A program made the position numbers and the translations under genes. 64,000 bases of DNA, from contig OZ001293.3 of NCBI GenBank assembly GCA_963921275.4, forward strand, positions 4,608,001 to 4,672,000. Direction: 5' to 3'. The first letter of the stretch is position 1. The number at the start of each line of letters is the position of its first letter. This stretch comes from an uncultured Hormoscilla sp. Lineage in GTDB: Bacteria > Cyanobacteriota > Cyanobacteriia > Cyanobacteriales > Desertifilaceae. Below, piece after piece: positions 56,431 through 64,000 of this stretch. Under the pieces are notes generated by a model. That model did no database searches and was not told the DNA's origin. It was given only the letters and a program-made list of their open reading frames with translations.

Positions 56431-56631
56431 TCGCCAGATGCAGTCAATCAATCCCATCGCACTGAGTCCTAGATCGCCACCATTCTATTGTACCTCGCGA
56501 CCTGATGTCCTAGAACGCCGGTACTAATAACCAGATTTCTCTCGTCAGAGTATTGATATTTCCTCCCTTCCCGCCCCGCACTCTTATTCCCGATTTCACC
56601 CTTGCCACTTGACCGATGTCCTAGGTCGGTG

Positions 56632-57690
56632 TTAATAGGGAAAGTTGTATATCTGGGCAGAAATTCCCGGTCAGCGAGAGCACCAACCAGTGATTTAGCC
56701 CTTAACTCCTCCCGAAAGACACCCAACTGAATTTTCCTTCCTTAAGGAAAGTCTTGCACCGTCACATCGGGAATAACTTTTCCGATCCGCTCTAGGCTGT
56801 CCAGTCCCCCTAGGTCCATCACCACATAATAGTATAGCAAAGAAGCAGCATCCCGACCTGGGACTCTTGGCATCGGTATTACCACCGGAATCTCCACTGA
56901 TGGTTGTAGTGTTGCCGGATTATTTTTGGGCAGCAGTAGTTCTACCGGTGAGGAAACTGGTTTCCCACTAGTCCCAGATCTAGTCAGCAATGCACTAAGG
57001 CAGTCCAAACTCAAACCTACCGCCTTAAGTAGTTTTGATAGCTTGTTTGGGGTTGCACTGGACCAGTTTCAGGTTATCATCCCTCAGATGACCGACGAGG
57101 GAAGAGTGCATCCCCACAAACCACAGGGTTCCGCCAGTCATCAACAGTAGCAGCATAGAGCCAATACCCAAAGTAATCAGCAACTTGCTTCTCTATGAAT
57201 TCTCAGGGTTTGTCGAATTCTCTTCCAGCAACACCGTTCCATCTGCTGTAGATGCCAGACCCTTGATTAGTTCTGCGGAAGATTCTAGATAGTCATCTGG
57301 TACTGTCTCTAGTTCCGCGATCGCCTCATCTTCGTCCAGTGTCGAACCTGCTGCCGATGTGAGGGCGATACTAGCGCCACCTCCGGGCAGTTTCCCTAAG
57401 GAACAGCTTCGCATCTGGCCTCCCCCTGGCCTATTGCGATCCTCGGTAGATGTTGCCGTTGGCAGCCTGGGGTTCTGTAAAGCTGGCGATCGAGCCATGA
57501 CTGCGATCGCTTCGGGGGCTTTGCCATTTTTGTAACTAGCAGTCAGGCTGTGTGCTAGGGGTGGTTCTCCTGCTTTGTAGCGTCGGTATCGTTTTAATTC
57601 TGCTTTCAGGTTAACATCTAAACTCCTCAGAGCACCCTGTAGTACTGGATGCAAGGTGGGAGTTGATAGCCCCAAGACCCCTTTACTCAT
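56632..57690 (-). pseudogene. conserved cyanobacterial membrane protein with SPOR-like C-terminus, fragmented
   Basis: LHPVLQGALRSLDVNLKAELKRYRR; YYYVV...LGVFREELRA; several stops and frameshifts. Confidence 0.6.
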
Positions 57691-58215
57691 AGTCCAACAC
57701 CTCTAGTTATGTTTATGAGTTTCCCTACTGACGGCTCTTTTCGACTTTCACCACAGGAGCACCATAACCTCCTGCTGCCGACATTTTACTTTTTTACCGA
57801 CTGATAGTCAATTACTGGGTTGTTAGTTGCCAGTTGTCAATTGCCAGTATACCCTATAGCAGGGGATTACCTCTGAAGGCAAAATCCTTTCCGAACTTAT
57901 CTGGATCTGCTCCCTTCCACCCTGTTTTCAAACCCAACAACCCATACCCCTCTTTGGCCTTTTTCTCCATCCCTGGCAGTTTTAGCATCAAGTAATCTCC
58001 CTGCTTAGCAATGGCATGAGCACTTGCGATCCTCAATGTTTTTAAATATAACAGAAATATAAGGAAATTCTAAAGATTCTGATTTACTCCGGGATCCCTA
58101 GAACCTAGACAGGATAATCGTTAGCTCCCTTGCTGGAGATCGGAGCAGAGATCAAGAGCACGGCAAAATTGTAGAAGAAAGGAAAAGAAAAAATTATCAC
58201 CGAGAGGACGTTCAG

Positions 58216-58542
58216 ATGAAAACCAACAATTTTCCAGCATTAATCTGCCAGCATTGTCGTTATTGTCGTCATTTCGTGCCAGAGGGACGTCGAGGCGGCA
58301 ACTGCGAGCAGCTCGGGGTGCTGGTTCGTGGAGGCTGGAAGGCCTGTTCTTTAGCGATCCCCGCCTTCGCACCTTCCTGGGAAGTTATTGAGAGGATAGA
58401 AATGTGCCAGGGAGAAACCCTGATGAGGGTCTCGGAGATAGGGTCGGAGACGAGTTGGCCTGAGATTGCTACTGTTGGCGCTCCTACTGAAAATAGGATA
58501 TCCCAGGGTGAAGTCCTCGCAGAAGAACTGGCAGTAGCCTAG
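58216..58542 (+). CDS. Cys-rich hypothetical protein
   Basis: CRYCRHF-PEGRRGG-CEQL-V-VRG-WKACSLA-PAFAPSWE. Confidence 0.75.
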   Translation: MKTNNFPALICQHCRYCRHFVPEGRRGGNCEQLGVLVRGGWKACSLAIPAFAPSWEVIERIEMCQGETLMRVSEIGSETSWPEIATVGAPTENRISQGEVLAEELAVA

Positions 58543-58674
58543 ACATTGGACAAAAATCCGTTGAAAGAAAACTATAAAATCAGAAAGTTAATTTTACTAT
58601 CAGGGAGTTAGCGATCGCACCTTTGTTTATCGGAGGTGCGATTTTTTCAGAGGAGGGAGAGGGTCGAAAGCAGT

Positions 58675-59508
58675 TCAGGGCAACCAGGGATATTGGCGAA
58701 AATCTGGTTGACGTTTTTCCAGAAAGGCCTGCTTGCCTTCGGCTCCTTCCGCAGTCATATAATAGAGTAAGGTGGCATTGCCTGCCAGTTCTTGCAGTCC
58801 AGCTTGACCGTCACAGTCGGCGTTAAAGGCAGCTTTTAAGCAGCGAATAGCGATCGGGCTTTTCTCTAAAATCTCGTTAGCCCACTGGATACCTTCTGCT
58901 TCCAACCGTGCTACTGGCACGACACAGTTGACTAAACCCATGTCTAGGGCCTGCTGGGCATTGTATTGGCGGCAGAGAAACCAAATTTCCCGGGCTTTTT
59001 TTTGACCGACAATGCGGGCTAGGTAGCTGGCACCGAAACCGCCGTCAAAACTGCCGACTTTGGGACCAGCTTGACCAAAGATAGCGTTGTCGGCGGCGAT
59101 AGTCAGGTCGCAAATCAGGTGCAGGACATGCCCCCCCCCGATGGCGTAGCCAGCTACCAGGGCGACGATCACCTTGGGCATGGAACGGATCAGACGTTGC
59201 AGATCTAGGACATTGAGGCGGGGTACCCCAGCATCATCTAGATAGCCAGCTTGGCCTCGGACAGTTTGATCGCCACCAGCACAGAAAGCATACTTACCAT
59301 CGGTGTAGGGGCCTGCGCCAGTCAGGAGGACGACGCCGATGTTACTGTCCTCCCTGGCGTCGCCAAAGGCGTCGTAAAGTTCAAATACTGTTTGGGGCCG
59401 GAAGGCATTGCGCTTGTGGGGACGGTTAATGGTGACTTTGGCAATGCCATCGGTTTTGTGATAGAGTATGTCTTCGTAGGTTTTAGCTGTTTCCCAGTTG
59501 GTTTGCAT
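58675..59508 (-). CDS. menB: 1,4-dihydroxy-2-naphthoyl-CoA synthase
   Basis: [36 protein letters not shown]. Confidence 0.97.
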   Translation of the reverse strand: MQTNWETAKTYEDILYHKTDGIAKVTINRPHKRNAFRPQTVFELYDAFGDAREDSNIGVVLLTGAGPYTDGKYAFCAGGDQTVRGQAGYLDDAGVPRLNVLDLQRLIRSMPKVIVALVAGYAIGGGHVLHLICDLTIAADNAIFGQAGPKVGSFDGGFGASYLARIVGQKKAREIWFLCRQYNAQQALDMGLVNCVVPVARLEAEGIQWANEILEKSPIAIRCLKAAFNADCDGQAGLQELAGNATLLYYMTAEGAEGKQAFLEKRQPDFRQYPWLP

Positions 59509-59555
59509 ACAGAGCTCGTTCGCGACTCACTCAGATATTTTAACCTGTCGGGAAT

Positions 59556-59683
59556 GGGTGTGGTCAAAAGTAATTGATAGAGTAGAGGAGAAAAGCTGTC
59601 CCCTTGGGTCAATTATGATAATCATTATCATTCTCTTTTACCAAGGAGAACTTTGGTTCACAATCCATGCATGTAAGCAGGTG
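59556..59683. repeat. second copy of the 128-bp inverted duplicate
   Basis: reverse complement of 52497-52624. Confidence 0.9.
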
Positions 59684-60296
59684 GGCGTAAATCAACTGGC
59701 CTCTGTTAAGAAATGTCTTATCGCGTCCATCTACTTCTGGAAGAGGCTTGAGCGCCAACTTAACAAAACTTTACTGCCGTTGAGTTGACTTATGGACACC
59801 TACTTATCAATAGTATATAATGTGATCTTGTGGAATTTTTTTGTAATATCCGTACAAGCATTCTGGGCAATTTATAACCTATAAGTTGCTAGGGCCTGCA
59901 CGTGGCGAATGCGCTCGTGGGGCTCCGGACGACTGCATGGCGACTACCCCTTGAGCTGCACTGGCCCTTACTGCGCTGGGATCTTCTGTACTCTTAAATA
60001 ATCACACTCTAGCAGCATATTTCAAGCGAAGTCGTAGTCTTGAAGCAGTCAAACTTCTTAACAGGAAGGTATGGTTATTACTACCCTGGTATTTTTGCTC
60101 GGAGGGTCTCAAGTTGCTAAAAATCCGACCACCGATTATTAGCTTGTAGAATAAGTAGCCCTAACATCGGATTAATATTATCAGGATGCCAAGTCGCCGG
60201 GAATCTTTAACCTTTTTTGGGGTATATAGCGATGAGCACTTTCAATTTCTCCTGAACCGATGGGTAAACCTAAGGAGAGCAACCAGTGATAAGGCT

Positions 60297-61500
60297 CTGG
60301 GGGGGCGACATGCCTGCTGAAAGCCTTACAGGATAAGGGATTGAGACAAACTTGACATCAAAAGATGTACCTGCTATCATAGTCAAGTCCATCATAGATG
60401 AAAATTATGAAATTATTACCTGAATTATACCAAGAGCACCTCAAAAAACACTTCACAGGCTCTCAATATTACCTGCATGATAATTTTAATTTCTCTGCTC
60501 GCCGAGCATCGTTGGATACGATTGGAAGAACTTGCCAATTTATTTCCGCAGCCAATTAAATTTGAAAGTCGCCGTAAAAAGCTTCAAGGGTTTATTTCAT
60601 TGCCTTCTTTGAAGATAGAAACTGTCTGGTTTCCAATTTTGATTAAATGGCTACAGTTATTTTTAGTTAATAAAGATGTTGTTGAAGTCATCATTTATCG
60701 GACGAGGGCTGTATAAATTTATTAATGGTGAGCTTTCATTATAATAATCGAGCAATCCCAATTTACTTTGAGATATTGAACAAGAAGGAAGTAGTAATTT
60801 ATCAGAGCAAAAACAAGTAATCTCTAAAATTTTAGATTTACTTAGTAACTATAAAGTAGTGGTGAGACCGAGAGTTTTGTAATGTTGACTTGGCTTCTTG
60901 GCTCAACAGTCGGGTACTTCGCACTCCGCTTGAAAAAGAACGAATATATCTCGATAGAAGCCTCGGTAAAAACTACAAGATTTAGGATTAGCTCCGGGAA
61001 TGTCCTTATATTTTAAGGGAGTAAAAGTTACCAAAACTAAAGGATTTCAAGGGCTAACGGCAAATGGAAAAGAAAATATCGAGGATGGCAGCCTGAAGAA
61101 GGCTGGTTTATTCTCAGTAACTTGGGGAGTTTAGAGTTAGCATCTACTTGCCTATGAAAAAGGCTTTGGAATCGAATAAATATTTAGAGACGAGCGCTTA
61201 ATGGTTTTGATTCTCTTAATTACTCTTGCTTACAGTAGCGCAATTATCATGGGAGAACAAATTAATTCATCTGGTGTTGCTTGTTACGTTGGTCGCGTAA
61301 AAGAAGCAAAACGAAAGACGACACAGCACATTTTATATAGGTTCCAGAGGCAATGATTGGCTTGAATCGGTAGATTTTTATGCCGATATTGTAGATGAAT
61401 TAATGAAGTTAAGTCTAGAAAAGAAGCTTGATTATGCACGAGGCCAGAAGGCTGTAAGCCTTATCAGGTCTGCATCCTAGCCTTCATGTCGCCCCCCCAG
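60297..61500 (+). mobile_element. degenerate IS4-family element
   Basis: 16-bp IR CTGGGGGGGCGACATG; 9-bp TSD GATAAGGCT; fragment PIKFESRRKKLQ. Confidence 0.88.
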
Positions 61501-61612
61501 GATAAGGCTACCAACTTAAGCCGGGACAGTCAGTCTGGGTAAGGGATTGAACAATTGTGCTTTTGATGACTGTCGTGGCACTGGGATATCACCCATATGG
61601 TCTACAACCCAC

Positions 61613-62473
61613 TCACATAAGTTTACTCAAGTTGCTACCTAAAAAAATTGAATACAAAAAGCGATGATAAAAAGCATCAGCTCCCACTGACAACTGACCG
61701 CTAACCACTAACAAAATACAAATAAAGAGTGATTGTAATAAGGATCGCCAAGCAAATTGGGGTAGAGCCAACATGCGCCGCCAGCGACTTGGTTCGGTGT
61801 AAAGTCGGTAAACCCATTCTAGATGGCGATCGCGTAACCAGATTGGCGCTCTTTGTTTGCGACCTGCCCAGATATCTAAACTACCGCCAACTCCAATCCA
61901 AATCCCTTGCGGACATAAATAGCGATGTTTAGCAATCCAAATTTCTTGGCGCGGTACGCCTAAACCTACGTAAATCAGGCGAGGTTGTTGCTGTTGGAGG
62001 GTAAGTCGTAATTTCTGTTCCTCTGCCGGTGAAAGATAACCGTGCTCAGTACCGGCGATCGCCAATTCAGGCAGCCGCCGCTGCCACATTGCAGCTGCGG
62101 CGGCAGCTACCCCAGGTACGCCCCCATAGAAAAAAACCGACCAGGGGCTCGCGTCGGCATCTTGTTTACCACATGCTACAGATTGGTGCAACAGGGACTC
62201 GGCTAATTCAATTCCCGGACAACGCCGAGCATATTTCCCCTGAAGCAGCAAATAGAGTATAATGCCAGAACCATCGGGAATCACTAAATTCGCTTGCTCG
62301 ACGATCTTGGCTAAAGCCGGATTACGTTCTGCCTGTATGGTCATTTCTGCATTCAATGTCACCACATGAGCGCCAATGTTGTGGCGCATATAGGATACTA
62401 ACCAACTTGAATAGTCTGCCAACAAGTGCACTGGCAGACCGAAAACCGAAACTTTTTGGGGAATCTCACACAT
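61613..62473 (-). CDS. WecB/TagA/CpsF glycosyltransferase
   Basis: HVVTLNAEM, IPDGSG, GLGVPRQE, GVGGSLD, RAP, LEWVYRL; start and stop uncertain. Confidence 0.88.
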   Translation of the reverse strand: MCEIPQKVSVFGLPVHLLADYSSWLVSYMRHNIGAHVVTLNAEMTIQAERNPALAKIVEQANLVIPDGSGIILYLLLQGKYARRCPGIELAESLLHQSVACGKQDADASPWSVFFYGGVPGVAAAAAAMWQRRLPELAIAGTEHGYLSPAEEQKLRLTLQQQQPRLIYVGLGVPRQEIWIAKHRYLCPQGIWIGVGGSLDIWAGRKQRAPIWLRDRHLEWVYRLYTEPSRWRRMLALPQFAWRSLLQSLFICILLVVSGQLSVGADAFYHRFLYSIFLGSNLSKLM

Positions 62474-63039
62474 AACCCAGTTGTTACACAACCTCACACT
62501 GTCCTCTATTGTCACCGAGTCAGGTTGATTGTTCATCGTTAATCGTTGATTGGAATTAGCCTTTGGCACCACCAGATGTTTCAAACCACCCGTTGATGTC
62601 TCCTAGGTAGTGCGAGTTCGGTGTCCCCCGAGCAGTGCAAGTAGCGCTCCCGAGGGACACCGAAAGCTCCCAGGAGACATCAAAGCCGTTTAGCCCTCTG
62701 GTATGCTGCTGTGACAGCGGTGTTGTTGCTGCTATTTACTACAGGTGTTTACTTATACGGTCCGGATCTCATTGAGCGGATTGACGAGCATAGACTAGAT
62801 AGCAAAAATATTAAGTATTGTTAAACTCGGTTGACAAAACCCATGATGGGTTTGTTACAATCAAAACCGTCAAGGAAGACCTCGGGCTTCTTAGACCTGT
62901 TACCTTACCGGTCGCGGTGACCGGCTATCTCTGATTGGCGAGACTCAAAAAAATGAGAATTTCCCCTCCTTCTGTTTGACATTGGCAAAAGTTGTGCTAA
63001 ATTAGTTGAAGATGACTCTTCGGAGTAAATGCAACCAAT

Positions 63040-63110
63040 GCGGGTATAGTTTAGTGGTAAAATCATAGCCTTCCAAGCTATTGATGCGGGTTCGATTCCC
63101 GCTACCCGCT
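63040..63110 (+). tRNA. tRNA-Gly(TCC)
   Basis: acceptor GCGGGTA/TACCCGC, anticodon arm ATAGC-CTTCCAA-GCTAT, T-loop GGTTCGATTCC; TTGACA upstream at 62976. Confidence 0.96.
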
Positions 63111-63629
63111 TTTCCAATAGTAAACGGCTCGCTGGATGATCCAGTAGGGCGGCTCTTTTTTGAGCGCGATGCTGTGTCTCCTGTCCAGGGGAGCGCTCGC
63201 CCTTATAAATAGTATAATCGGTGATTGGCTAGATTGTGGGGCTCAACAACAAAATAAGTTAAAAAATTATTTTCAAACAGAAGGGCGTTGCTGTGAGGAG
63301 TAAAAGCTGTGATAGACAAAATGATTAATTCAGGCGATCGAACAAATCCCCTGCTACCTTGGACTCCACTGGTCGAGGATCCGTTGGCCCCTGAAAAATA
63401 TGACGGTCGGCCAGGGGGGCAAGCATGGAATTAAATCGCATCACCAGCAGAGAAGATGACTGTTGTCCGATGGCGCTGCGCGCGCAGCGCCATCTTACCT
63501 GAAACAACAGAACCAGAACTGACACTGACTGCAGAAAGGGCGATCGATCTCTGGACTGGTGTACGAGACGACTCGGAGACAGGGGTAGCCGTGTCGCCGC
63601 AACTACTTACCTCACCGACCACCGTTCCG

Positions 63630-64000
63630 GAAAAATCGGAAATTGTCTTTATTGATGGGGCGGTTTATGACCTTGCTCACCTGGTCGCCAGTGTATCCCC
63701 AGGGGCGGAGGTGGTAGTCCTAGACAGGAACAGAGATGGGGTGAAGCAAATCACTCAAGTGCTAGCGAGACGGACTAGAATCAAGAGCGTCCATATCGTC
63801 TCATTCGGCGAACCGGGAAGTTTGCAGCTGGGCAAGGCAAAGCTGAATTCCCAAACATTGCCAACCTATGCTGGCACCCTGCAAACCTGGGGAAACGCTC
63901 TGACGCCCGATGCTGATATCCTCCTATACGGGTGTAATGCGGCAGCCGGTACTCAGGGGAAGGAGTTTGTTGAGCATCTGAAGAGACTAACAAGTGTTGA
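63630..64000 (+). CDS. DUF4347-domain protein (partial, runs off the window; 5' part uncertain)
   Basis: IVFIDGAV...VLDRNRDGVKQI...HIVSFGEPGSLQLG...DILLYGC. Confidence 0.75.

Noticed and set aside
63040..63110. tRNA integration site for an island
   Set aside because: I found no duplicated tRNA 3' end or integrase in the window.
62905..63117. 70-aa minus-strand ORF
   Set aside because: It is an antisense shadow of tRNA-Gly.

Overview
This is a cyanobacterial chromosome segment: HIP1 GCGATCGC is abundant, chlI/cpcT/vipp1 are present, and Oscillatoriales-style heptamer and hairpin repeats occur throughout. Intact housekeeping genes (dapB, chlI, ruvC, hsp20, argD, cpcT, aminotransferase, thioredoxin, vipp1, menB, WecB/TagA, tRNA-Gly) are interleaved with heavily eroded accessory DNA, which suggests a genome undergoing decay (inference). 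About 6-44 kb is a decaying defence region. It holds a type I R-M locus with two hsdS alleles and inserted cassettes, an attC-flanked Schlafen/AlbA_2-ATPase-RRM gene inside a ruvC-duplicated island, a C5 methylase with a broken HNH nuclease, promoter-carrying ~162-bp repeats flanking a VapBC cassette, a truncated CBASS CD-NTase with an AGS-C domain, AAA-ATPase modules, several TA pairs and a putative toxin-immunity pair. The 44-61 kb stretch carries many IS remnants, and MITEs and very small mobile repeats are scattered across the window. All family calls come from motif recognition by eye; no searches were run.
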